Source: an uncultured Bacteroidales bacterium
GTDB lineage: Bacteria > Bacteroidota > Bacteroidia > Bacteroidales > WCHB1-69
Assembly (NCBI GenBank): GCA_937901925.1
Contig: CALGTS010000056.1
Span: 5,102 to 69,101, forward strand
Reading direction: 5' to 3'
Length of the DNA: 64,000 bases
Both the position numbers and the translations under genes were made by a program. Below are positions 36,782-46,318 of this stretch, one piece after another. Within the stretch, counting starts at the first letter, position 1; every line of letters begins with the position of its first letter. Under the pieces are notes generated by a model, which saw only the letters and a program-made list of their open reading frames with translations, was not told the DNA's origin and ran no database searches.

Positions 36782-37537
36782 TTATTTATTTTCAACTACT
36801 TCTACTGATATGATTTTAATATCATTTATAGGACGGTCAAATCTATCTTTTTGTTGTGCGGCAATATTATCCACAACATCCATACCAGTAACTACTTCAC
36901 CAAAAACAGTATAGTTATTATCGAGGAAAGGTGCACCTCCTTGGGTTTTGTAAACCTCTTTTTGTTCTTCTGTAAATTGAATGCCGTATTGACGAGAAAT
37001 ATTCATCAAATCCATATCTGTAAACTTTTGACCATCAACAATATAGAATTGAGAGCCAGAAGATGCTTTTTGTGGATTTACATTGTCGCCCATTCTTGCT
37101 GCAGCTACGGCACCGCGTTTATGGTAACAACCTTGAACAAATTCTGCAGGGATAGTGTATCCAGGACCGCCATTACCCAGTTGTTGACCTGCTTTAGCTG
37201 TTTTGGAATTAGGGTCACCAGTTTGAATCATAAAGCCTTGGATAATGCGGTGGAAAAGTACATTATCATAATATTTTTCGTCAACGAGTTTTAAGAAATT
37301 CTTTTTGTGTTCTGGAGTAGCATCGTAAAGGGCGATGGTAATATCTCCTAATGAGGTTTTGATTAAAACTTTAGTCATATCTTCGATTTTTTGTTTTTTT
37401 GTCGTAGGTTCTGTGTTTTCGGGAGTTTCTCGAATAACCACATCTTTATTTTCAACAGGTTTTTCTGTTTTAGAAGTACAGCAACCAGAAAGAATCATAA
37501 TAGTCACTAAGGTGATAACGTAACCAATTTTCTTCAT
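36782..37537 (-). CDS. cyclophilin-type peptidyl-prolyl cis-trans isomerase, lipoprotein
   Basis: Start trimmed to MKKIGYVITLVTIMILSGC, because the longer track ORF would overlap the tRNA. Shows FHRIIQGFMIQTGDP, SSGSQFYI and YTVFGEVVTGMDVV. Confidence 0.85.
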   Translation of the reverse strand: MKKIGYVITLVTIMILSGCCTSKTEKPVENKDVVIRETPENTEPTTKKQKIEDMTKVLIKTSLGDITIALYDATPEHKKNFLKLVDEKYYDNVLFHRIIQGFMIQTGDPNSKTAKAGQQLGNGGPGYTIPAEFVQGCYHKRGAVAAARMGDNVNPQKASSGSQFYIVDGQKFTDMDLMNISRQYGIQFTEEQKEVYKTQGGAPFLDNNYTVFGEVVTGMDVVDNIAAQQKDRFDRPINDIKIISVEVVENK

Positions 37538-37563
37538 AACCATAATTTTAATTTTACATTTTG

Positions 37564-37637
37564 TGATCCCGGCGGGATTCAAACCCACGACCTTCAGAAC
37601 CGGAATCTGACGTTCTATTCAGCTGAACTACGGGACC
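37564..37637 (-). tRNA. tRNA-Arg (anticodon CCG)
   Basis: 74 nt: acceptor GGTCCCG/CGGGATC, anticodon stem TCAGA/TCTGA, loop TTCCGGT, T-arm GTGGG-TTTGAAT-CCCGC. Confidence 0.9.
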
Positions 37638-37650
37638 AAATTTCAACCTG

Positions 37651-37658
37651 CAAAAGTA
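37651..37658 (-). promoter_or_regulatory. putative -7 box for tRNA-Arg(CCG)
   Basis: Minus strand reads TACTTTTG, 14 nt upstream of the tRNA 5' end. Confidence 0.45.
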
Positions 37659-37838
37659 CATCATTTTTTCGAATTTTTAACCGATTTTGGAGCATTCCCA
37701 ATAAGAATTTAATTTTTTTAGTAATGATAAAACATTTTAAAAGAGAATGTGCAATTCTAAATAGATGCGAACTCATAAAATATGCTGAATTTTGTTTCAC
37801 ACTATACTTTTTACTCTAATTTTACGTTACAATAATTT

Positions 37839-38252
37839 ATGAAGAAGTTTTTTATATTAGCCTTGTTACCTCTTTTTTTATGGGGTTGCAGAATTGAACA
37901 TAGTACAATACCCGAAACTTACGTTGATTTTGTAGTTTATCCTAACAGTATGGAATATGCTGATTTAAACTATTATGGAGGCTACGTTTACGTTACGGGA
38001 GGTGTAAATGGAATTGTGATATATAGAATTAATGAATATACTTTTGTTGCTTACGATCGTGCTTGTTCATTAGATTGGCAAGAGCAAGGTGCGTGGTTAT
38101 GGATGGACGAATCAGGGTTGTTATTAGAGTGCACGGGGTGTCATTCAAAATTTAATATTATCAATGGTGGAGTTGTTAGCGGAGATGCTCATTATCCACT
38201 AAAACAATACAAAACTCATTATAATGGTGAGAGATTACGAATTTATAACTGA
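37839..38252 (+). CDS. small lipoprotein with degenerate Rieske-like motif
   Basis: Lipobox LFLWGC. YDRACSLD ... ECTGCHSKFNIINGG resembles the two Rieske cluster-binding boxes, but the first His is absent. Confidence 0.5.
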   Translation: MKKFFILALLPLFLWGCRIEHSTIPETYVDFVVYPNSMEYADLNYYGGYVYVTGGVNGIVIYRINEYTFVAYDRACSLDWQEQGAWLWMDESGLLLECTGCHSKFNIINGGVVSGDAHYPLKQYKTHYNGERLRIYN

Positions 38253-39055
38253 GGAATCATTTCGTAAACAAGGTTAACCATTACGGGTTCAGCAGCCTGA
38301 GCAGCTTTAAGCACTTCATCATGAGATGCTTTTTCAACTACGCCTACAACACCTAAGTCTGTAATTACGGACAAGGCAAAAACTTCCATTCCACGATGAC
38401 GTGCAGCAATTGTTTCGGGTACTGTTGACATTCCTACGGCATCTCCTCCTATGATATGAAACATCTTGTATTCAGCAGGAGTTTCAAAACAAGGCCCCGT
38501 AACACCCACATAAACGCCTTTTTGCAAGTGAATATTCAATCTCTTTGCTGTATCAAAAGCAATTTTTATCATTCTTTTAGAATATGCCTCGCTCATATCG
38601 GGAAAACGAGGGCCTAAATTATCATCATTTGGGCCTAAAAGTGGGTTGTTGCCAAAAAGATTGATATGGTCTCTAATTACCATAATATCACCAATTTGGA
38701 AAGTTGGGTTCATTCCACCAGCAGCATTAGAAAGAATCAATTTTTCAATTCCTAATTCTCTCATCACCTGAATAGGGAAAGTAACCTCTTTCATAGTGTA
38801 GCCTTCGTAATAGTGAAATCTTCCACTGAGGACTACAATATCTATACCATTTAATTTTCCAAAAATCCATGTTCCCTTATGACCTTTTACTGTAGATTGA
38901 GGAAAGTTTGGAATTTCTGAGTAGGAAATCTCTTTTAGAATTTCTAATCGATTTACTAATCCTCCTAAACCTGAACCTAAAATAATGGCGATAGAAGGTT
39001 GATTAGGCATAAACTTGTGTAGGAACGCAGCGCTTTCTTTAACTCTTTCTAACAT
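38243..39055 (-). CDS. purine nucleoside phosphorylase (trimeric PNP/PunA type)
   Basis: 270 aa with ILGSGLGG, GRFHYYEG, SNAAGG, GPRFPDMS, GPCFETPAE and GMSTVPE. Confidence 0.85.
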   Translation of the reverse strand: MLERVKESAAFLHKFMPNQPSIAIILGSGLGGLVNRLEILKEISYSEIPNFPQSTVKGHKGTWIFGKLNGIDIVVLSGRFHYYEGYTMKEVTFPIQVMRELGIEKLILSNAAGGMNPTFQIGDIMVIRDHINLFGNNPLLGPNDDNLGPRFPDMSEAYSKRMIKIAFDTAKRLNIHLQKGVYVGVTGPCFETPAEYKMFHIIGGDAVGMSTVPETIAARHRGMEVFALSVITDLGVVGVVEKASHDEVLKAAQAAEPVMVNLVYEMIPQL

Positions 39056-40085
39056 AACTCTTTATTATGGAATAAAATTGATCTTCATTAAATAGAAATC
39101 GTACCTCGATAGGAGCTACAAAAACAGGAAGCAAAGATATAATATTTTTTGAAGCACACTCTAAACGAGGAATATCTTTTTCTGTAGTAATAACAATTTT
39201 GTTAGGGTTATTAGTTTGATAAAATTGAGAAATAATTTTATCAATATCAGATTCTGAAAAAATATGATGGTCTTGAAAAGTAATTGTTTGAATATTAGTG
39301 AATTGTGTTTTTAAGTATTGAAGTAAGGGTGTGTGATTGGCGATAGCAGTAACTAGTAAAACTTCAGTTTTAGAGGATAATTTTATCGATTGATTAGGTG
39401 AAAAGGGAAGAAGCTTCTTGTACGCAATTTTAGTGAAGAATAGATATTGGCAATTATTTATTTGTAATCTTTGTTTGATTGAAGAAATTTCGTTATCAGT
39501 AAGATTATCAGGAGATTTTGTAACGATAATGATGTCAGCGTGTTTTGCTGCAGATGGAAATTCTCGTAGCCTTCCTGCGGGGAAGGGACAATCGTCAACA
39601 TATAGGTGATTAAATGGGGTAAGAAGAATTTTGCAGTTATAGTTGACTGCTAAATGTTGGTAAGCGTCATCTAATACAATAAGATCGAGGTTGGGATAAT
39701 TTTTCTGAAGAAGTTCCATACCTTCTGCTCTTTTTTCGGCGACAGCAAGGGGAATATTGGGAAATTTTCTAAGGTATTGTGTCGGTTCATCGCCTAAATT
39801 TTGCGCATTTTTTTCTTTTTCAGTAAGTTGACAAGTACAGAGGGCACCACGAGTATTTCTTTTATAGCCTCTACTAAGAATAGCGAGGTTAAAATCTTGA
39901 AGTTTATTTATAATATATTCTGTATGAGGAGTTTTTCCTGTTCCTCCAACTGCTAAATTCCCGATACAGATGGTAGGCGTAGAGAAAGTTTTTGAAGGGA
40001 AAATGCCCTTTTTATAGCATTTTCTTCTTAACCAAAGAATAGTTCCGTAGATTAGGGAAAAAGGGTAAAGAAGAAACCTTATCAT
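39039..40085 (-). CDS. lpxK: tetraacyldisaccharide 4'-kinase
   Basis: GNLAVGGTGKTP P-loop at the expected position, ILSRGYKR and DDAYQH. Length is 348 aa. Confidence 0.85.
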   Translation of the reverse strand: MIRFLLYPFSLIYGTILWLRRKCYKKGIFPSKTFSTPTICIGNLAVGGTGKTPHTEYIINKLQDFNLAILSRGYKRNTRGALCTCQLTEKEKNAQNLGDEPTQYLRKFPNIPLAVAEKRAEGMELLQKNYPNLDLIVLDDAYQHLAVNYNCKILLTPFNHLYVDDCPFPAGRLREFPSAAKHADIIIVTKSPDNLTDNEISSIKQRLQINNCQYLFFTKIAYKKLLPFSPNQSIKLSSKTEVLLVTAIANHTPLLQYLKTQFTNIQTITFQDHHIFSESDIDKIISQFYQTNNPNKIVITTEKDIPRLECASKNIISLLPVFVAPIEVRFLFNEDQFYSIIKSYVRKS

Positions 40086-41098
40086 TGTGGTGTTGTTTGC
40101 TCGTCACTTTTTTGTTCGGTTATTTTTTGCTCTTTGACAGCAGCTTTTTCCAAACTCCATTTTTCGTATGATTCGATAATTTTTGTCACCAATGAGTGTC
40201 TTACCACGTCGGATTGATCCATATACACAAAATCGATACCTTTAATATCTTTTAAGATTTTAGAAGCATGAATCAAACCTGAGTGTTGGTGACGTGGAAG
40301 GTCAACTTGTGTTAAGTCTCCGGTAATAAAGAATTTAGCATTTTTCCCCATACGAGTCAAGAACATTTTCATTTGACTTTCGGTAGCATTTTGTGCTTCA
40401 TCTAAAATGACGTATGCGTTATCGAGCGTTCTACCGCGCATAAAGGCGAGAGGTGCAATTTCAATGGTTTTATCTTCAATATAGCTTAGTAATTTTGCCA
40501 TAGGCATCATATCCCACAGCGCATCGTATAGCGGTTGCAAATAAGGATCTAATTTATCGCGTAAGTCACCAGGTAGGAATCCCAAATTTTCTCCTGCTTC
40601 AACGGCAGGTCTCGTGAGTATGATTCGGCGTACTTGTTTGTTTTTAAGAGCTCTAACCGCTAATGCAACAGCAGTATATGTTTTTCCTGTTCCAGCAGGA
40701 CCAATTGCAAAAACCATATCATTAACAGCAGCACTTTTTACCATTTTCTTTTGGTTTGGCGTTATGGCTTTGATAGGACGCCCCTCCTTACCATGTACAA
40801 TTACTTCCATATCCATTCCACCTTTTTCTAATCGATAGAAGGAATCATCTTCTGCTGCCGTGATGTTCAGAATGTCGTCTTCCGAAAGTTTTCCAAAGCG
40901 TTCATAATGAGTGATTAATAATTGAAAACGTTCAGCAAATAGTTCTACAGAAAAATCCTCACCAATCACTTTTACTTCGTTTCCTCGTGCAACAATTTTT
41001 AAAGTAGGGTATATATGGCGAAGGAGATCTACGTTACAATTGTTTTTTCCATAAATACCTACAAGGTCTGTATTTTCAATAGTGATAATTTTTTCCAT
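40082..41098 (-). CDS. phoH: PhoH-family ATPase
   Basis: GPAGTGKTYTAVA Walker A, ILDEAQN Walker B, and ITGDLTQVDLP. The stop overlaps the lpxK start (ATGA). Confidence 0.9.
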   Translation of the reverse strand: MEKIITIENTDLVGIYGKNNCNVDLLRHIYPTLKIVARGNEVKVIGEDFSVELFAERFQLLITHYERFGKLSEDDILNITAAEDDSFYRLEKGGMDMEVIVHGKEGRPIKAITPNQKKMVKSAAVNDMVFAIGPAGTGKTYTAVALAVRALKNKQVRRIILTRPAVEAGENLGFLPGDLRDKLDPYLQPLYDALWDMMPMAKLLSYIEDKTIEIAPLAFMRGRTLDNAYVILDEAQNATESQMKMFLTRMGKNAKFFITGDLTQVDLPRHQHSGLIHASKILKDIKGIDFVYMDQSDVVRHSLVTKIIESYEKWSLEKAAVKEQKITEQKSDEQTTPQ

Positions 41099-41104
41099 AA
41101 ATAA

Positions 41105-42010
41105 CTAGTTGATAGATATATAAGAGGTTGGATTAAGTGGATGTCCATTATACCAAATTTCAAAATGAAGATGGGATTTTCTATTATTTTTATCAGCATT
41201 TCCCATTAAGGCAATATGTTCGTTGGCTTTCACTGTGTTACCTGTTTTCTTGAGAATTTTTCCGTTATTCTTGTAAACAGAGATTATATCACCAGTATGT
41301 TGTAAAATGATTACGTTACCCTCGTCAGGTGTTAATCCTGCAAATAGTACAACTCCGTCAGCAATAGCAGAGATAGGAGTTTCTTTTTTATTTTCTATAT
41401 CAATACCATAGTGCTTTTCTGAGATATTGAATGGGGTGCTAATCAAACCGACAGTAGGAGGTGTGAATGTAAAAGAATAAAATGTGGCTCGTTGTGTAAG
41501 AGGAATGGTGTATTTGCTGTTTTGGTCGTTGATTTGTTGGATAATTGATTCCTCTTGATTCCATAAAAATTCCCGACCCGAAAGAAATTCTTCATCAGAA
41601 TATTTGGTTAAAGTAGAGTCGGTTTCATTTTTTTGATTTTCACCTTCAGTGCTCACAATTTCGTTGACAATATTTTGAAAATTCTGCATGTAATTGGTAT
41701 TCTGAGCGCTCATCATCTCTAAAGAATCTAGTTTAATGGCCAATTCACGATATTTATGATATTCGTCCGAACTTGTGTATCCAGGAACATATACGCGTAA
41801 AGGAGTAAATGCAATTAAAAAAGCAGTAAAAGTAATGAGCACAAAAGCAGAAACTGTAACTCCTACAAAAATATTTCGAGGGCTTAACCTAAATACAAAT
41901 TTATCTTCGTGTGTGTTCTCGTTTTTAATAACCAACTTATATTTGGTTTTCCAATTGTTGCGGACACCTTTCCAAAGTTTTTTTATGAATTGTAAATTGA
42001 TTTTTATCAT
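41105..42010 (-). CDS. M23-family peptidoglycan metalloendopeptidase (membrane-anchored)
   Basis: N-terminal TM helix, HYGIDI (HxxxD) and HLHFEIW (HxH) zinc motifs. Confidence 0.8.
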   Translation of the reverse strand: MIKINLQFIKKLWKGVRNNWKTKYKLVIKNENTHEDKFVFRLSPRNIFVGVTVSAFVLITFTAFLIAFTPLRVYVPGYTSSDEYHKYRELAIKLDSLEMMSAQNTNYMQNFQNIVNEIVSTEGENQKNETDSTLTKYSDEEFLSGREFLWNQEESIIQQINDQNSKYTIPLTQRATFYSFTFTPPTVGLISTPFNISEKHYGIDIENKKETPISAIADGVVLFAGLTPDEGNVIILQHTGDIISVYKNNGKILKKTGNTVKANEHIALMGNADKNNRKSHLHFEIWYNGHPLNPTSYISIN

Positions 42011-42025
42011 AGATAGCTTTGGTTT

Positions 42026-42988
42026 TTAAGATAATGCTTGGTTAATATCTTTAGAAGATTCTAAAATTTGGTTATACTCTTCAGGAGTGATGTCAGAGAA
42101 GAAAAAGTGTACAGGATTAACAGGCGTTCCATTCTTTCTTACTTCATAATGGAGGTGAGTTCCCATAGAGAGTCCTGTATTTCCAACGTAACCAATTAGT
42201 TGTCCTCTTTTTACACGTTGTCCAGATTTTACAATTTTTTTTGAGAGGTGGGCATAAACGGTTGAGTATGAGTAGCCGTGTCGGATTATAACAGTAATTC
42301 CGTAGCCAGAACCTCCTTGTTCATTAGAAATCGTTCCATCTGCCGTAGCGTAAACAGGCGTACCTTTAGGTGCAGAAATGTCGATGCCAGTATGAGGGCG
42401 AAGTGTTTTCAAAATTGGGTGATATCGTCTGCCAAATCCAGAGGTAATATGATACATATTTTTGATAGGACGAATTGCGGGAATTGCAGAGAGCATTTCT
42501 GCTTTATGAACGGCCATCTCTTTCACGGAATCTAAAGAGCGCATTTCGGTTGCCATTCGTAAGATAAGTTTATCACTTCTTAAATCTAAATTCTCAAGAA
42601 ATTTCTTGGATTCAGAAGCGGTAATATTATCATATTTTGAGTTGTATGTAAAAGAGGGATTTCTAGCTTCGTATGGAATAGGTTCCGCTTCAAAAATAGT
42701 ACGATAAACGTTGTCGTCACGGTTTTGAATGTCAGTAAGAATAATATCCATTTTGTTCAACTTATGGTCAAGTTGAGAAATCTGTTTTTTGAGTTCGTTA
42801 TTTTCTTTCTGAAGCATCTTCTCTTTGGGCGAGTCAATAGCATAGAAAAATATCCATACAAATGCTAAGGCGAAAGAGAGGGCTGTAAGAAGAAGCCATA
42901 GTAAACGTTTTATAATTTCCTTAACACTAAGCTTTGCTTTCTCGAAAGAAAGTGTCTCAGAATTAAATATATAAAACGTTCTTTTCAT
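42026..42988 (-). CDS. M23-family peptidoglycan metalloendopeptidase, coiled-coil type
   Basis: Start trimmed to MKRTFYIF. Has a TM helix, a coiled-coil (ENNELKKQISQLDHKLNK), HTGIDI and HLHYEV. Confidence 0.8.
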   Translation of the reverse strand: MKRTFYIFNSETLSFEKAKLSVKEIIKRLLWLLLTALSFALAFVWIFFYAIDSPKEKMLQKENNELKKQISQLDHKLNKMDIILTDIQNRDDNVYRTIFEAEPIPYEARNPSFTYNSKYDNITASESKKFLENLDLRSDKLILRMATEMRSLDSVKEMAVHKAEMLSAIPAIRPIKNMYHITSGFGRRYHPILKTLRPHTGIDISAPKGTPVYATADGTISNEQGGSGYGITVIIRHGYSYSTVYAHLSKKIVKSGQRVKRGQLIGYVGNTGLSMGTHLHYEVRKNGTPVNPVHFFFSDITPEEYNQILESSKDINQALS

Positions 42989-42996
42989 AATTTCTA

Positions 42997-44187
42997 TTAG
43001 TGGCAGGAGATGCAAATCTCTTCATTGAGACTATAGCCGCTTTCTCCATTGTTTTTTAAAATGACAATGAGTTGAATTGCATATTTTTGTGCAATATAAC
43101 GCAGGGTTTCACCATATTTTATAGTGTGAAAATCTACGTTACATTTTCTATTTTTCATTTCAAGGTAAACCACTTCGCCTGCTTGTATTTCCGTTTCAGA
43201 ATCATAAACATCGTTGTATTCTCTGAGGCGATTTTCTGTAAATTGGAGCTCTTTTGCTAAATTAGAAAAAGTGTCTCCTGCTTTGGCGATAATAAATTTA
43301 ACGCCTTCTCTTTCATACACATTTCTGTCGGAAAGTGGATAACGGACCAGTTTCTGTTCAGCCTCATTAACAGAGAAGAATAATATCTCGTTTTTTTGTG
43401 CAGGAGTCTCTTCTGTTTTTTCAGGAGCGGGAGCAACGGATAATTCTTCTGCTTGTTTGGATTTTTCTTTCTGAACGATTTGTGAATATGCGAAAATTGG
43501 TTTCTCTAAAAGATTCTCTTCTGAATCTTCTTCAGTAAAATATGTTTCTACCGTATCTACTTCTTGTTCAAGAATAACAGTTTCTTGAATTTCTGTTGTG
43601 TTATTTTCAGCAGGAGAGGTTGCGGGTTCGGTTACAGCAGAATTTTGTGGTTCTACTTCAGCAGGAGTTTGTTCAGGATGGTCGTATTGAGTTAAGTTAT
43701 ATGTTTCGATAATGTTGATAAGATTTTGAGCATAGTTTTTAGTGATGGAGTAGCCTAATTTATGAAGTTCTGTTGCCCAAGCTTTATAGTCGTATATATC
43801 TAAAGAAAATAGAGATTTGTAATGAGCTTTAGTAGAAAGATAAACGCCGTGGTCGATATAGGAATCACGTACTGTTGCATATTTGCGAAAGCAAAGGTTT
43901 TGCATGTTATTATCTTGGTGGTAGCGATTGTCAACGTCAGTTTTTGCGCAAGTAATACTGAAGTGGTTATTCGCAAATTTTGCTAAGTGATTGGTTGCTA
44001 ATTTTGTATGAAAAATACCTTGTGCAAGGGTAATACTTGCAGGTACTTTGTGAAGTTGCATACTTTCTATGGCGTACGCTTTGTTTTCATCAACATATTT
44101 TTTTATTGCAACTGGATCGTAATTTTGTGCATTTAATGAAAAAATGATACAAAAAATATTCACTAAAAAGAAAAATGTGGATTTCAT
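42997..44187 (-). CDS. glucosaminidase-domain (FlgJ-like muramidase) protein with acidic linker and C-terminal LysM
   Basis: Has a signal peptide, ASITLAQGIFHTKLATNHLAKFANNHFSITC (glucosaminidase domain), an E/T/P-rich linker, and LysM-like repeats (AKAGDTFSNLAKELQ, HTIKYGETLRYIAQKY). Confidence 0.75.
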   Translation of the reverse strand: MKSTFFFLVNIFCIIFSLNAQNYDPVAIKKYVDENKAYAIESMQLHKVPASITLAQGIFHTKLATNHLAKFANNHFSITCAKTDVDNRYHQDNNMQNLCFRKYATVRDSYIDHGVYLSTKAHYKSLFSLDIYDYKAWATELHKLGYSITKNYAQNLINIIETYNLTQYDHPEQTPAEVEPQNSAVTEPATSPAENNTTEIQETVILEQEVDTVETYFTEEDSEENLLEKPIFAYSQIVQKEKSKQAEELSVAPAPEKTEETPAQKNEILFFSVNEAEQKLVRYPLSDRNVYEREGVKFIIAKAGDTFSNLAKELQFTENRLREYNDVYDSETEIQAGEVVYLEMKNRKCNVDFHTIKYGETLRYIAQKYAIQLIVILKNNGESGYSLNEEICISCH

Positions 44188-44192
44188 AGGAA

Positions 44193-45212
44193 CTATTTTG
44201 TAGATAACTTGATAATGTCGTTAGGTTTGATTATTGAGGTTTCTGTTAGATGATTCATACTCAATAAAGAAGATAGACGAATGCCATATTTCTGAGAAAT
44301 AAATCGTAGGGTTTCACCTTTTTGAACGATATGTTCTTTTATTGGATTTACATACTCTTTTTTTTCAATGTAGATGGCTTCTCCTTCTTGCAATTTTCTC
44401 TGTTTTCCTAATGCGTCGTTATATTGAATTAACTTTTTCTCTTTTAATTGTACGTCTTGGGCAATTTTTGCATAGGAGTCGTCTTTGGTAGCTATTACAA
44501 AAAGTGTACGATTGTTTTCGTAAACAGTGCGGTAAGTAAAAGGATATTCCACAGGTTTATATTTACTAATATCTGGAACAAAAACAGCGTACGAGGTTAT
44601 GTTATTGTTATTAGGAGTGACTTTTTGATTTTCATTAGGTTTTTTATCGACAACTTCGGGTTGTGTTTGTGGTTTTGTAAAATATCCACTTTCCAAACGT
44701 TGTTGATAAACAGTGTCCCATTGCGCAATATTAAAGCGTTGAATTAGACTGATAAGTCGTTCTGGATATTTTGGGTTTGTAGCATATCCTGCAGCTTTTA
44801 ATCCTTTTGCCCATGAACGATAGTCCATGATATCTAAAGTAAATAGATCGCTGTATCGTTTCCGAGAGGTTAGAAATAGCGAGTGATCGTTGTATGAGTC
44901 TTCTACGGTTTCATAAACGCGAAAACATTCTCCTAATGCATCATCATCAACGTGAATGGTATCGCCAACCCATTCGTTATGGCATTTAATGCCGAAGTGG
45001 TTTTTGGCAACAGTTGCTAATCGGCTAGTTCCGCATGCACTTTCGAAAATTCCTTGTGCAAGTGTGATACTTGCAGGAATTTTATATTCATACATCTTTC
45101 TGATAGCCAATTCTTTATATTGATCTATATATGCATAAATATCCTTTTCTGTATATTGTGCAAAAAGATTAGTAATGATAAATAATGGAAGAATTGCAAT
45201 TATTTTTCTCAT
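44193..45212 (-). CDS. glucosaminidase-domain protein with C-terminal LysM (paralogue of 42997-44187)
   Basis: Start trimmed to MRKIIAILPLF. Shows ASITLAQGIFESACGTSRLATVAKNHFGIKC and LysM-like HIVQKGETLRFISQKYGI. Confidence 0.75.
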   Translation of the reverse strand: MRKIIAILPLFIITNLFAQYTEKDIYAYIDQYKELAIRKMYEYKIPASITLAQGIFESACGTSRLATVAKNHFGIKCHNEWVGDTIHVDDDALGECFRVYETVEDSYNDHSLFLTSRKRYSDLFTLDIMDYRSWAKGLKAAGYATNPKYPERLISLIQRFNIAQWDTVYQQRLESGYFTKPQTQPEVVDKKPNENQKVTPNNNNITSYAVFVPDISKYKPVEYPFTYRTVYENNRTLFVIATKDDSYAKIAQDVQLKEKKLIQYNDALGKQRKLQEGEAIYIEKKEYVNPIKEHIVQKGETLRFISQKYGIRLSSLLSMNHLTETSIIKPNDIIKLSTK

Positions 45213-45216
45213 ATCT

Positions 45217-46197
45217 CTATTTCTCCAAAATTTCATAGATTAAACCTGCATAGAAATCGCTAAGCTCTATGTTATTCATTTTTACTTGTTTAGGGATTAA
45301 ACTCATAGCGGTTTGTCCTGGAATGGTATTGATTTCTAAAAGGAAAGGTTCCTCTTTTTCTGTAACAATGAAATCGAAACGGATTACGCCTTTGCAACCA
45401 AGTCCTTGGTATAGCTTTTCAGAATAGTGTTTGATTGTTTCTTCAATATTTTTATTGATTTGTGCAGGAGTAACTTTTTCTAAAAATCCTTCCGTGTATT
45501 TCGCTTCAAAATCGTAAAACTCTTTTTTGCTAAGAATTTCTGTAATTGCTAATGCTTTCGGCTTTCCATTAATGGTGGCAACACCGCAGGTGAGTTCTCG
45601 TCCTGGAACAAATTTTTCTACCATAATCTGGTTATCCACTTGGAACGCCATATCAATGGCCTCTTGTAGCTCTTTTGTATTATGAGCTTTGGTAACTCCA
45701 ATGCTCGAGCCTGAATTGCAGGGTTTTACAAAGCAAGGTAAACCGCAAACGTTAACAATTTGCTGTAGATTTATTGGGTCATTAGCATAGAAATGTAGTG
45801 CTTTAGAAATTGGAACACCCAATTTTTCCGCTACAACATTACAGAAAAATTTATTGAAGGTTAGTGCTGAACAAAAGCAGTCACAGCCCGTATATGGAAT
45901 TTCCATCATCTCGAAATATCCTTGTAGCAAACCATTTTCTCCAGGAGTTCCGTGGATGGCAATAAAAACAGCGTCAAAAAAAAGTTTTCCATTAGGAAGA
46001 GGTAATGAAAAATCATTTTTATCAATTAAAAATTTTTCGTTTCTCTCATTCAGATAGAACCATTCTTTTCCTTTAACATAAATAAAATAGGTGTCAAAAA
46101 TGTTTTTATCCAATAAGTTATAGATGTTTTGTGCGGTTTGGATGGAGATTTCGTATTCTCCAGAGTTACCACCAGCAAAAAGAGCAATTTTTTTCAT
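45217..46197 (-). CDS. ddl: D-alanine--D-alanine ligase
   Basis: Start trimmed to MKKIALFAGGNSGEYEIS. Shows HGTPGENGLLQGYFE, an ATP-grasp region (VKPCNSGSSIGV) and EINTIPG. Confidence 0.9.
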   Translation of the reverse strand: MKKIALFAGGNSGEYEISIQTAQNIYNLLDKNIFDTYFIYVKGKEWFYLNERNEKFLIDKNDFSLPLPNGKLFFDAVFIAIHGTPGENGLLQGYFEMMEIPYTGCDCFCSALTFNKFFCNVVAEKLGVPISKALHFYANDPINLQQIVNVCGLPCFVKPCNSGSSIGVTKAHNTKELQEAIDMAFQVDNQIMVEKFVPGRELTCGVATINGKPKALAITEILSKKEFYDFEAKYTEGFLEKVTPAQINKNIEETIKHYSEKLYQGLGCKGVIRFDFIVTEKEEPFLLEINTIPGQTAMSLIPKQVKMNNIELSDFYAGLIYEILEK

Positions 46198-46216
46198 AAA
46201 AAGAAGTTTTAACGAG

Positions 46217-46224
46217 CAAAAATA
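46217..46224 (-). promoter_or_regulatory. putative -7 box for the ddl operon
   Basis: Minus strand reads TATTTTTG, 20 nt upstream of the ddl ATG. Confidence 0.4.
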
Positions 46225-46318
46225 CATCAAAAAGTTATCATACAATATTAATATATGTCATTTTTCAAACATTATAATGTTAATATTGAATGATATAATA
46301 AAACGAAAAAATAGAAAT

